Shown piece after piece: positions 9,294 to 18,388 of a stretch of 64,000 nt of DNA. Both the position numbers and the translations under genes were made by a program. The stretch is taken from contig CAZTRN010000002.1 of assembly GCA_964616775.1 (NCBI GenBank), positions 45,367 to 109,366 of the forward strand. The letters are read 5' to 3'. Position 1 is the stretch's first letter, and each line of letters opens with the position of its first letter. The DNA is from an uncultured Candidatus Bathyarchaeia archaeon (lineage in GTDB: Archaea > Thermoproteota > Bathyarchaeia > Bathyarchaeales > Bathycorpusculaceae). The notes beneath the pieces are model-generated. The model saw only the letters and a program-made list of their open reading frames with translations, was not told the DNA's origin and made no database searches.

Positions 9294-10282
9294 CTTCTCT
9301 TCCTCTTAAAGTAAAAAATCAAACCTAAAATTACAAGTAGACACACAATTCCAACTAATATTGGCAGCGTGCAATTTGCTCCGAGATTACCTGCCGGGCT
9401 ATTGGTAGATGATGGTTCTAAAGTCGACGTTAGAGAGGGATAAAGCGAAGACGAAGAAGAAGCAGCAGGTGTCGGAAGCACTACATTAAACATAACGGTA
9501 TCCGATTTGCCCACGTTGCCCGCAGGGTCTTTTGCATAGATAACAAGACTATGCGACCCCTCAACTAATCCAGACAGAGTTATGTTTCCCGCCAATGAAA
9601 CGTTACCAGCGCCGTCCAGACTATAAACACACGACGCAGGCCGATCAAGCTCAAAAGTTACTGGAACCGAAACCTCACTATATGTCGCATCTTGAGGAGA
9701 TATCACTGATATTTGAGGGCTAGTATACCATACCGAAAAAGATGTTGTAACTGAACAATTTACAATCTGTCGAGTTCTATAAGGATCAGAAGAGAAGCGG
9801 TCAGGATAGAAACTGCCAAATGCGGTAATTTTAAGCAAATGTCTTCCCTCAGCAACACTTAGGGTTTGAGAAAAGCGCAGCTTGGTGCTCAATTGATTTT
9901 TGTAGAAAACATGAGGGGTACAATCATCTATCGGGAATGTCTGGTTTATTTTTCCGTCCAAGATGCATTCGATATAATCTATTCGTCCATAGCAGCCATA
10001 CCCCCTTATGTAATCCGTTTTGGGATTAGGGGGCCATGACCCCAATGGGTTCCAAGTCCAGTAGTCACTGTAAAACCAAGAGCTTGGCTTAACTATTTCT
10101 AAGCTTAAATTTATAATGCTTGAATTATAAACTTGGATGGGGGTCGGAGAATGAAGAATTATTCGTGGTTGGTTAAGGTCAAGGCTATCTGCTCGTGAAA
10201 TTTCTGCCGATTGCATGCCCACAGATAGCAAAATCAAAATAGCTACTATTGCTGTTAGGGTTGCTTTCTTCATTTTCCTCAT
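9290..10282 (-). CDS. cell-surface protein paralog (Ig-like domains, ST-rich linker, C-terminal TM anchor)
   Basis: Signal peptide. The shared family segment LSGLVEGSHSLVIYAKDPAGNVGKSDTVMFNV also occurs in 11566..12603 and 58562..59566. The C-terminal TM ends in KRKRR. Confidence 0.65.
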   Translation of the reverse strand: MRKMKKATLTAIVAILILLSVGMQSAEISRADSLDLNQPRIILHSPTPIQVYNSSIINLSLEIVKPSSWFYSDYWTWNPLGSWPPNPKTDYIRGYGCYGRIDYIECILDGKINQTFPIDDCTPHVFYKNQLSTKLRFSQTLSVAEGRHLLKITAFGSFYPDRFSSDPYRTRQIVNCSVTTSFSVWYTSPQISVISPQDATYSEVSVPVTFELDRPASCVYSLDGAGNVSLAGNITLSGLVEGSHSLVIYAKDPAGNVGKSDTVMFNVVLPTPAASSSSSLYPSLTSTLEPSSTNSPAGNLGANCTLPILVGIVCLLVILGLIFYFKRKRR

Positions 10283-10445
10283 AATTATTATCCAAAAGTA
10301 ATTCTTAACGCTGCCTGCGGAACATCACCGTTCCGCCAAAAGAACAACCAGCTTTAGTGCAGCCGGGTTGTACGGTAAGCATACTGCACGACAAAATGCC
10401 TTTGTGCCAAGTTTTGCAATGCCTACTCAACGCCGCCGATGAACA

Positions 10446-11255
10446 CTACAGACAGTTCATGGGGACGTTTTGAGGTTTAGCATTGCTGCCTTGGGTCTTT
10501 TTGTAAAGTGTAGCGACAATTAGCAGAACAATTGATATCACAGCAATGACGGCAGGGGAAAATTCTGGGACAGAGGGAGACGGAACAGGCGATTGCGATG
10601 CTACAGGTGACTCTGATGCAGATATGGTAAAAAGATTGGTTTCAGCCAGTTTTAGGGTTATTGACCAGCTAGTTGATGTATCCCCAGTTTGGCTGCTGTA
10701 GGCATATTCTACCTGTGTGAGCACACCTGTAGCTTGGTCCCAGTATGCATTTGTGGAAACGTCCGAGTAGCCTTCGACGGCTAAAACAATTGAGAGATGA
10801 AGTAAAGTTCTAGATTGAGAACCAAACGTTTGAGTAGTGGTGTCGTTGACGTAACAGACATCTGCAGGGGCACCTTCTTGACCACTGTTTGGAACTACAT
10901 CACCTACGCCCAGATTTGCAGGGATAAAGAAGGGCAAATAACCGCCGTAGTAATCTATTGTGGCTATTTCCATATAGACCCCGTTACTGTAAAAGTAGCT
11001 GGAATTAGCAGTAACCGCTATTCCATCCACACTCAGTATAATAGCCCCAATGTATGTCAAGTCATATTGACCTTGCAGGGAAGTGGGAAGTTCGGCGCCC
11101 GTTTGGTTAGATTGATAGAATCCAGTGAAGCCATAGATGAAGTCGTCGCCTGCCTTGATTCCTAAAGAGGAACTTTCCGCAGACGCCGCTGAAATAAAAA
11201 CAGAGAAAACCAAAAGAGAAAGCAGGAAAGCTACAGCCAGAACAGGTTTAGCCAT
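10446..11255 (-). CDS. secreted protein with C-terminal TM anchor, function unknown
   Basis: Signal peptide MAKPVLAVAFLLSLLVFSVFISAASA, SP-rich linker (SESPVASQSPVPSPSVPE) and a C-terminal hydrophobic helix. Confidence 0.6.
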   Translation of the reverse strand: MAKPVLAVAFLLSLLVFSVFISAASAESSSLGIKAGDDFIYGFTGFYQSNQTGAELPTSLQGQYDLTYIGAIILSVDGIAVTANSSYFYSNGVYMEIATIDYYGGYLPFFIPANLGVGDVVPNSGQEGAPADVCYVNDTTTQTFGSQSRTLLHLSIVLAVEGYSDVSTNAYWDQATGVLTQVEYAYSSQTGDTSTSWSITLKLAETNLFTISASESPVASQSPVPSPSVPEFSPAVIAVISIVLLIVATLYKKTQGSNAKPQNVPMNCL

Positions 11256-11398
11256 GTTGCATCGGTTGTAGTACGCTGGGAGCTATTTTTATGGCTTGCG
11301 GTAAGAGAGGTAAATTTGGCTGCAAACAATTTTGAGGAGGATTGGCTAAGGTTTTTATGGTTCATGATAAATTATTGTTGTCCTAGCTTCCAATGAGT

Positions 11399-11476
11399 GG
11401 GGCTGTCGGCTAGCATGGTCCAGGCTTGTAGACTTGGGCTCTATAGACCCCGGTTCAAATCCGGGCAGCCCCACCA
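11399..11476 (+). tRNA. tRNA-Pro (anticodon TGG) with encoded CCA
   Basis: Manual cloverleaf: acceptor GGGGCTG/CAGCCCC, D arm GGCT-AGCATGGTCCA-GGCT, anticodon stem GTAGA/TCTAT with loop CTTGGGC, canonical T arm CCCGG-TTCAAAT-CCGGG, discriminator A plus CCA. An AT-rich TATA-like box lies about 25 nt upstream. Confidence 0.85.
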
Positions 11477-11565
11477 CAAAACGGTTGTTTGAGTATAAGC
11501 AGATTTTTCTACACAAGAAACTTTGACAAGAACCCTCTTAAGTAAAAACAATCAATATACCAGTT

Positions 11566-12603
11566 GTGGTAATAAAGAAGGCTGTTACGCTGCTTTGCCT
11601 GCTAGTAACGTCTTTTATAGGGTTTGGACTTGTTAACTTAATTCAAGCCAACCCCTATTCTGCTGTTGATGTCCCACCAATATATGACCGCCCCGCCATA
11701 AGTTTCGTTTCTCCAATTAATGGAACAGCCCAAAAAAACCAAATTATAATTTTTAATTTGGAAATGCCTGAAACATGGAAATATACTAAATCTTTTTCGA
11801 CAGGTGAGCGTTATGAATTCTACGTGGGTACGATAAGAAATGTCACATGCACCTTAGATAACAACATAGTAATGGTCAATAACACAGTCTATGGCAGAGA
11901 TGCAAATTTACCCTACGAAAGCGTGAAGGGACATTTTCCCAGCAGCTCAAACATTACCTATTTCCAAGATGTAGGCGTTCTTTCGTCTGGACTACATAAT
12001 ATCACTGTTTTGGTTAGAGCAGACACTTGGTCAATTATAATAAGCAGCCCGTCTGATGCCTATTCTGGTTACTTTGATGTTTCTACGACTTCTACATATT
12101 CCTTTGTAGTCAGTTCCACTCCAACAATAGCTATATGTGTGAATGCAACCTATGAGCAATCTACTGTTCCATTATTGGTTAATATTAAGGAAACTGGATT
12201 AGAATTGGAACCTTGCTGGATTGGATACAGCATAGATAACCAAAGTAATCAAACAATAAGTGGCAATTCAACATTAACAGGACTAACAAAGGGCACCCAC
12301 AGCTTGGTTGTTTACGCCAATGACTCTTTTGGGAATATGGGTAAATCAGACACAGTCTTCTTTAATATAGCACAACAAACACCATCATCTACAATTTCTT
12401 CAGACCTTAACCGTACAATAACTCCAACTACCTCAAAGGACACATCACTTTCTCCATTTCAAACTTTGGAACCCACATTAAAACCCAGCACATCGGCAGA
12501 AAACATGCAAACACAAGACTACACTCTGCTAATAGCCCTGTCCGGGGTTGCTTTGGTTGCTGTAGCTATTGGTTTAATAATCTACCTAAAGAAACGTAAG
12601 TAG
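11566..12603 (+). CDS. cell-surface protein paralog (Ig-like domains, ST-rich linker, C-terminal TM anchor)
   Basis: Signal anchor, family segment LTGLTKGTHSLVVYANDSFGNMGKSDTVFFNI, ST-rich linker, and a TM helix ending KKRK. The gene is visibly AT-rich. Confidence 0.65.
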   Translation: MVIKKAVTLLCLLVTSFIGFGLVNLIQANPYSAVDVPPIYDRPAISFVSPINGTAQKNQIIIFNLEMPETWKYTKSFSTGERYEFYVGTIRNVTCTLDNNIVMVNNTVYGRDANLPYESVKGHFPSSSNITYFQDVGVLSSGLHNITVLVRADTWSIIISSPSDAYSGYFDVSTTSTYSFVVSSTPTIAICVNATYEQSTVPLLVNIKETGLELEPCWIGYSIDNQSNQTISGNSTLTGLTKGTHSLVVYANDSFGNMGKSDTVFFNIAQQTPSSTISSDLNRTITPTTSKDTSLSPFQTLEPTLKPSTSAENMQTQDYTLLIALSGVALVAVAIGLIIYLKKRK

Positions 12604-12657
12604 AATTAAGAGAGCGCAAAGAGACACTATTTTTGGCACATCTCTTAATCGTCTTAC

Positions 12658-12867
12658 CTAATGACTGCGGGTCTGCTTTAAGTAATAAGCTAGAAATGTA
12701 CTCTTACCAATACGTCCCTGCAATAAGTCTATCTCCTCAGAAAGCAAGCCATATTGTCTCATGGTTGTTGCATAGTAGCTTCTTAACTTCTTTATCTTCA
12801 TGTGTAAGCCTGCTCTGACTATTTTCTTATTGATTGCGTTGTAGGAAACTTTGCTAGAATAAGCCAT
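12658..12867 (-). pseudogene. tyrosine recombinase (integrase) C-terminal remnant
   Basis: The 69-aa ORF carries the C-terminal catalytic region pattern KLRSYYATTMRQYGLLSEEIDLLQGR...FLAYYL (R, Q/H-x-x-R, Y). It starts only 23 nt after the stop of the upstream gene, so the roughly 200+ aa N-terminal part is absent. Confidence 0.55.
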
Positions 12868-12890
12868 CTGGAGTAAGAAAAGTTAAGGAG

Positions 12891-14099
12891 TTAAGATGCT
12901 TCGTAAATGCCTGCTCCGATAAGCCAATCCTGATTTACCATAACGACATAGCTGACTTTAGGTTTAACAGTGAAGCCATCTGCAGGGTCCACATACGAAT
13001 AACGCACGAAACCGCCACCAGACTGCGCCGTTTGAATTATTTGCTGAATAAATGCGGTTCCATTCGCATCTGTTGCGTTCCAGCGGTTTGTCCCAATAAG
13101 GTCTGGTTGAAAGGGAAGAGCTAACGTGTTACCTGACATGCCATAGGCAAAGATGTAAAGTTCGCCGTCAACAAACGCACCAGTCTGGTTATTAAATACA
13201 CTTAAAGCCGCTTCTTGACCATTTTGTTGTGCATAATCGTAGGCATCCTGAACGAATTCAACGAGTTCTTCGGGAGAGGTAGTGGTTCCTTGTGTTGGAA
13301 CATAGCGTCTTAGAATTTTTTCATAAGTAGATATGCCAGAGGCGTCTTTTTCTTGTTTAAGAGAATCGATTGCCTGCTGGAAAGAGGCAACTGTTGAGTC
13401 TGGAATGTCTTTGCTGAACGCATAATAGTAGTCGTAATAGCTTAGGGTGAAGGCGTTTTTGAAGGCGTAGTAATTGCCAGTTATCTGCTCGGTGAGGGTT
13501 CGTCCCACTATTTGAGCATAGCACCAAAAGTCTATGTCGCCACTTGAGAGGTTATCTATGATAACCGAGGCATTTGTGAAGTACACCAGTTGGCTCTCAT
13601 ACACGCCTGCATTTGTGAGCTTTGTGATGGCAGCTGAATCTTGGATTACACCAATTCTGTATTCGTTAAGGTCGCTGGCATTTTGGATTGTAACATTGTT
13701 ATCCCATCGGGTGAAGAGGGCGTATGTATCCATAAACAAAGGACCTGCCCACTTGAAAGAATCCTCTCGCACAGGCAACCGTGCGGTTGAAAAAAGAACA
13801 GTGTTCTCGCCAGTTAAAGTTGCTTGGTAGGCTTCTGTCCAAGGAACTAGCTGAATTTGGTCAGGCGATATTTTGCTGCCCATTTTATCAGCAATTTCGG
13901 TTAAGAGGTCAACTGCTATACCTGTCACTGTGCCATTTTCTTGGTAGTTACAGGGAGGAAACTGTTCGGTATAGTAAGTAAAAGTGCTTATGGAGCTTGC
14001 AGGTTGTTGGTCATTAAAAACATACACAGATACTGCTGCTGCCGACAACGAGACTACGAGAACGATAATCAAAAAGTAACAAACGCTACGTCGGAACAT
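12891..14099 (-). CDS. membrane-anchored extracellular sensor-type protein: solute-binding (SBP_bac_3-like) + single Cache (sCache_2-like) domains
   Basis: N-terminal TM. YTEQFPPCNYQENGTVTGIAVDLL is typical of family-3 solute-binding proteins. The C-terminal LVEFVQDAYDYAQQNG...ELYIFAYGMSGNTLALPF...GGGFVRYSYVDP...KVSYV...DWLIGAGIY matches the Cache_2 pattern. Confidence 0.7.
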   Translation of the reverse strand: MFRRSVCYFLIIVLVVSLSAAAVSVYVFNDQQPASSISTFTYYTEQFPPCNYQENGTVTGIAVDLLTEIADKMGSKISPDQIQLVPWTEAYQATLTGENTVLFSTARLPVREDSFKWAGPLFMDTYALFTRWDNNVTIQNASDLNEYRIGVIQDSAAITKLTNAGVYESQLVYFTNASVIIDNLSSGDIDFWCYAQIVGRTLTEQITGNYYAFKNAFTLSYYDYYYAFSKDIPDSTVASFQQAIDSLKQEKDASGISTYEKILRRYVPTQGTTTSPEELVEFVQDAYDYAQQNGQEAALSVFNNQTGAFVDGELYIFAYGMSGNTLALPFQPDLIGTNRWNATDANGTAFIQQIIQTAQSGGGFVRYSYVDPADGFTVKPKVSYVVMVNQDWLIGAGIYEAS

Positions 14100-14123
14100 A
14101 CCAATAAGGTCGAATATTTATAT

Positions 14124-14891
14124 TTAAAACTTTTTTCTACGCTTTACTGACAGAATTCGATAATTCATTAAACGGCCTCCCAGAAGCATTTCGACTACAC
14201 GTTGATTTATCTGCCCAAGTGGCTGCTTTGCCTCTTTACGGGTTCCTTTGTCTGTTTCTTGGAGTGCAAGCGCGGGTTCTTTTACGGAATGGAGGATAAC
14301 CATGCTGACGCCTACGCCCAAAGAGACAGCGACAATCATAGGAGGGATACTGGTGGACACTATGTCAAGTGCCACAGAATAAGGCTGCACAATCAACAAG
14401 GCTAGCCCACCATGCATCAACTCCACAGCAACAGCAAACAGCATAGCAGGCACCGCGCCCAATAGTTTACCTTTATTCGCGCGGAAAATGAGCCCAGCCA
14501 GCAAACCCGCCAAAACAGTGGCTATCGAGCAGGGAACACAACTTACTCCTCCAACAAAAAACCGATGCAGACCCCCAACCAGTCCAACTGCAGTTCCCAC
14601 CAAAGGACCTGCCACAAACCCAGCGATTATCGGCGCCAAGTCTCGAATGTTAGTGATGGCACCAGAGTTTTCGGTTGTTCCAATGTAGGTGCCAAATATG
14701 GAAAATAACCCGAAAAGGGCGATGAAAACGGCGTAGTTTTTTAGGGTTGCTTGCTGGAAGATGACGCCTCGAATGATTCCAATTCGGGAAGAGATTTCCA
14801 TGAAAACGAAGATAAAGATTTCAGTGTTGGCAAAAAGCTCCAAGTAGTGACCCAAGGTTGTGGAGGACAGAGACATGGCAAGTAGCGACAT
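14124..14891 (-). CDS. stand-alone LytS-type 5TM receptor domain (5TMR-LYT) membrane protein
   Basis: NIRDLAPIIAGFVAGPLVGTAVGLVGGLHRFFVGG matches the conserved NxR...GGP.vG...G...R...GG core of the LytS membrane sensor domain. No GAF, kinase or other output domain follows. Confidence 0.65.
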   Translation of the reverse strand: MSLLAMSLSSTTLGHYLELFANTEIFIFVFMEISSRIGIIRGVIFQQATLKNYAVFIALFGLFSIFGTYIGTTENSGAITNIRDLAPIIAGFVAGPLVGTAVGLVGGLHRFFVGGVSCVPCSIATVLAGLLAGLIFRANKGKLLGAVPAMLFAVAVELMHGGLALLIVQPYSVALDIVSTSIPPMIVAVSLGVGVSMVILHSVKEPALALQETDKGTRKEAKQPLGQINQRVVEMLLGGRLMNYRILSVKRRKKF

Positions 14892-15093
14892 AAGCCTCCA
14901 TAATTTGTTACATCAAAGAGCAGATAATATTTTCTATAAGAAAAGATGTATCAGAAAAATTTCGTTTGAAAACTATTACAGAATAAGTTAACGATGCTCT
15001 ATACGGAACTAAAAAACAGGCACTGTTCGTGTAGGTGGATAAGATAAACACTTGAGTTAGTTAAATAAAAAAAGAAAAAAGAAAGAGGGAGGG

Positions 15094-18000
15094 TTACTGA
15101 CTCTTTTTGGTTCGCTTGTTGTATACGTATGCACCGATGCCAATTACGACTAAAACTACGACTGCGACAGCTAAGTAGATGTATTCAACAGGTATGCCGC
15201 TAGCTGTATTTGCGTCAGTTGGTTGTTGTGTGGTTCCGTCAGGTGTTGATTCAGGAGTTGCGGTAACTTGAGGTTCTGAAGAACCACCACTAGGAGCAGA
15301 GACGACACTTATCGTATTCCATTCGCTGTAGACTTCATTGTAAGTTATACCTGTTCTGTTGCTGCCTTCATAGTAAGCTACCCAGCCCCATGCACCGAGT
15401 TCGGTTGGACTGCAGGAAATCGTGAAGTAGCCATTGTTGTCAGTTGTAGCAGTTAAATCCATGTTTTCTTGCGCAGGTGTCGTAAATGATACGTGAACTG
15501 TTGCGTTCGGAAGACCAGGATGCATACTGCTTGCAACAGCTACGTATTGACCTTCACTCCAAGTGAGTTCGTTTGGATTCGCATTTAGGTATCCAGAGAT
15601 TGTTATGGTTTCGTTGTTCCACATTTCAGAGCTTTTGCTAGATTCTGCGTGAAGAGTGAAACCAACTGCGGGAGAGTCATCGAAACAATATACATTACCG
15701 TCGCCTGAGCCAACGTAGAGTTTTCCTTCCCAAACTGCTGGAGAAGAATCAACATTTCCTTTAGTCTGATATGCCGATAGTGGTTTTCCTGTTTCAGCAT
15801 CAAGACAAGTAACGCTGCCAACGTCGCTAGTCACGTAAACTTTTGGACCACTTACGTCATCAACGTACAAAATTGACGAAAGTATCTGATAGCCAATCCA
15901 CTGTGTCCAAGTTCTGTTTCCAGGTTGATCACCGCCAAATCCAACGATGCTTACGGAGCCAGAACGTGGACTTGTAGCATTCATTGCAGTCACATGCATA
16001 AACTCAGAGATGTATAGTGTGCCGTCATGGTAGGTGGGGATAAAGAACGCCTGAGAGTTACCTGTCAAAGACTGGTTCCATATGCTTGCACCAGTTGCGG
16101 CATTGAAAGCGAACATCAGAATACCACCGCCCATAGCACCGTTAGGTCTAGTCTGGTCTTTGCCAGTATAGTCGTACCCACTGACAGCAATTCCATAAAT
16201 GGAGCCACCGCCAACGAAAACTTTGCCATCAGCGATATTTGGTGTTCCAGCACACCACATGTCACAGTACGTTGGAATGCCGACACCAGGATTAAGTGGG
16301 AAGCTCTTCCAAACAAGTTGACCGTTGTTAGCATTGAGAGCATACAGGTAGGAGTCGGTAGAAGTGATGTAGATTACGCCGTTGGAATATGCAGGTGAAC
16401 CACCGATAGGTCCGCTGGTAGTGTAAGTCCACGCTTCGCTGCCATCGTCAATGTTTAGGCAATAAACTTTGCCATCTAAAGCACCAACATAGAGTTTATC
16501 GCCAACGATAATTGGTGAAGAACGAGGCTGCCACTCAACAGGGAAGATGACGTTTTCAATCAGTCCACCAGCGTAGTGCTCCCAAATCTTTGTACCTGAA
16601 GCAGCGTCCAAACAGTAAACATAACCGTCATCAGCACCAGTGTAAACTCTACCATCAACAACTGCAGCAGAAGACATTACCCTAAAATCGACAGGAAAGC
16701 TCCAGATTTCTTCGCCAGTGTAAGCATCGAGACAGTACCAGTTTTGGTCATGAGAACCAACATAAACTCTGCCATCAACAACTGCAGGTGAACTAGTCAC
16801 TTCGCCGCCAGTCTTGAAGCTCCATTTAGGATAGGACAGATCTGATGGACCTGACTGACCAGTTGCTACTCGTTGGTTTTCGAGGTTTCCAGCAAAGCCA
16901 AAGTTCCAATCTTGTACTTCATCGCCGATGCAATACAGATAACCGCCAGTGATGAAGTAAACATTTCCATATGCAATTGTAGGATTGGCAACGCTTACGC
17001 CTTCAATTGTCCATAGTTGTTCACCAGTGAATGCGTCAAAGCAAGTGAAAGCATATCCAGGCATCTCTAAACCTGCAGTAGCACTTCCGGGTGCTTGGTC
17101 ACATTTGCTGGCGTACACTTTTCCGTCTGCTATGGCAACGGTGTTGTATGCGATGTTGTAGTATGCAGGTTGTTTCCACAGTAAGTCACCAGTTTCTGCG
17201 TCCCAACAGACAACCCAACCGCTAGGATAAGTGGAGATACAGCAGTCGTAGACTCGACCGTATGCCGCGGCGCCCTTATAGGCGTAGTATGCGCGGGTAC
17301 CCAGACTGCTTGAGTCAAATTCCCATTCGACTTCGCCAGTTTCGGTATCAATACAGGTCATAACCTGAGATACGGCAGCACTGTACAGTTTACCATTATA
17401 GTAAAGGGCAGATTGCTGCGGCAAGCCGCTTTTTTCTGTTCGCCACAAAAAGGTTCCGTCTTCACCATCCAAAGCGTAAACGGCTGCCTGTGTGGTACCT
17501 AAAAAGACTTTGCCCCCACCAGTGCTAATAATTTCGGAAGCCTCGTTAGCAACATATTCCCATGCAACTACTGGATTTGTAGGGTCTGCTAAACTAATTG
17601 CTATAACCTTACCTTCACTTGTTGAGCCATCATAAGCCGTTATGTACTCCATCATTAAGTCGCTAGAATATCCACCATAGAAGTATTGTCCACTACCAGG
17701 CATACGACTGTAATCATTCAGAGTCAAGTTAGAAACATATGACCCATCTGAGATTCTATGAACTTCTGGACCTGCAGTGTTCACAAAGAAGTAAGTATCG
17801 TCAATCTTTGCAACGGAGGTAGTTCCGAATCCTGATGCACTCTGCTTTAAGGTTGTGTTCCATACGCTTGCGCCAGTATATGCATTGTAGGCGTATATGG
17901 TTGCACCTGAAACTACGAAGGCTAAGCCATTGAAGACTTCAACTTGCCCAGAGCCAGAAGCAGCGACTTTGAAAAGCACATTATTAGTGTCTGGAGCTGC

Positions 18001-18132
18001 GCCTGGATTAAAGCCTGTTTGACCGTCGTCGCAGCCATATTGGGGCCATTCATATCCGTTTGAGTTTGTCTGCGCTTGAGCCGTAGAAAGGGTCTGGTTT
18101 AGGGCTATGCCAGCAACAGTAGAGACTATCAA
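15094..18132 (-). CDS. large PQQ-like beta-propeller repeat surface protein with C-terminal beta-sandwich, ST-rich linker and TM anchor
   Basis: Many repeats of the G.VYVGS.DG.VYCLDA.TG...W type, a C-terminal Ig/CarboxypepD_reg-like segment and a TM helix ending KRTKKSQ. The true start is probably upstream of the TTG at 18132 (see findings). Confidence 0.8.
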   Translation of the reverse strand: MIVSTVAGIALNQTLSTAQAQTNSNGYEWPQYGCDDGQTGFNPGAAPDTNNVLFKVAASGSGQVEVFNGLAFVVSGATIYAYNAYTGASVWNTTLKQSASGFGTTSVAKIDDTYFFVNTAGPEVHRISDGSYVSNLTLNDYSRMPGSGQYFYGGYSSDLMMEYITAYDGSTSEGKVIAISLADPTNPVVAWEYVANEASEIISTGGGKVFLGTTQAAVYALDGEDGTFLWRTEKSGLPQQSALYYNGKLYSAAVSQVMTCIDTETGEVEWEFDSSSLGTRAYYAYKGAAAYGRVYDCCISTYPSGWVVCWDAETGDLLWKQPAYYNIAYNTVAIADGKVYASKCDQAPGSATAGLEMPGYAFTCFDAFTGEQLWTIEGVSVANPTIAYGNVYFITGGYLYCIGDEVQDWNFGFAGNLENQRVATGQSGPSDLSYPKWSFKTGGEVTSSPAVVDGRVYVGSHDQNWYCLDAYTGEEIWSFPVDFRVMSSAAVVDGRVYTGADDGYVYCLDAASGTKIWEHYAGGLIENVIFPVEWQPRSSPIIVGDKLYVGALDGKVYCLNIDDGSEAWTYTTSGPIGGSPAYSNGVIYITSTDSYLYALNANNGQLVWKSFPLNPGVGIPTYCDMWCAGTPNIADGKVFVGGGSIYGIAVSGYDYTGKDQTRPNGAMGGGILMFAFNAATGASIWNQSLTGNSQAFFIPTYHDGTLYISEFMHVTAMNATSPRSGSVSIVGFGGDQPGNRTWTQWIGYQILSSILYVDDVSGPKVYVTSDVGSVTCLDAETGKPLSAYQTKGNVDSSPAVWEGKLYVGSGDGNVYCFDDSPAVGFTLHAESSKSSEMWNNETITISGYLNANPNELTWSEGQYVAVASSMHPGLPNATVHVSFTTPAQENMDLTATTDNNGYFTISCSPTELGAWGWVAYYEGSNRTGITYNEVYSEWNTISVVSAPSGGSSEPQVTATPESTPDGTTQQPTDANTASGIPVEYIYLAVAVVVLVVIGIGAYVYNKRTKKSQ

Positions 18133-18388
18133 TACAACAAGTAGGGGTATAGCTTTGTTGAAAGGTATTTTGTTTATTTTTCTTGCCTCCTTTATAATAT
18201 TGGTAGTCGTCAGTTACCCCATTGTGAGTTTATAACAACTGGTGAGTGAAAGATGTCGCCAGCAACAGCATAACATGACGTGCTCAAAATTGCACTAATA
18301 ACAGAACAGGTGACGCCCAATAAGTCGCAACCACAAAACAATACGCCGAGTGAAAAACTGTTAGCGTCCAAAAAACAAAACGGGAAGG

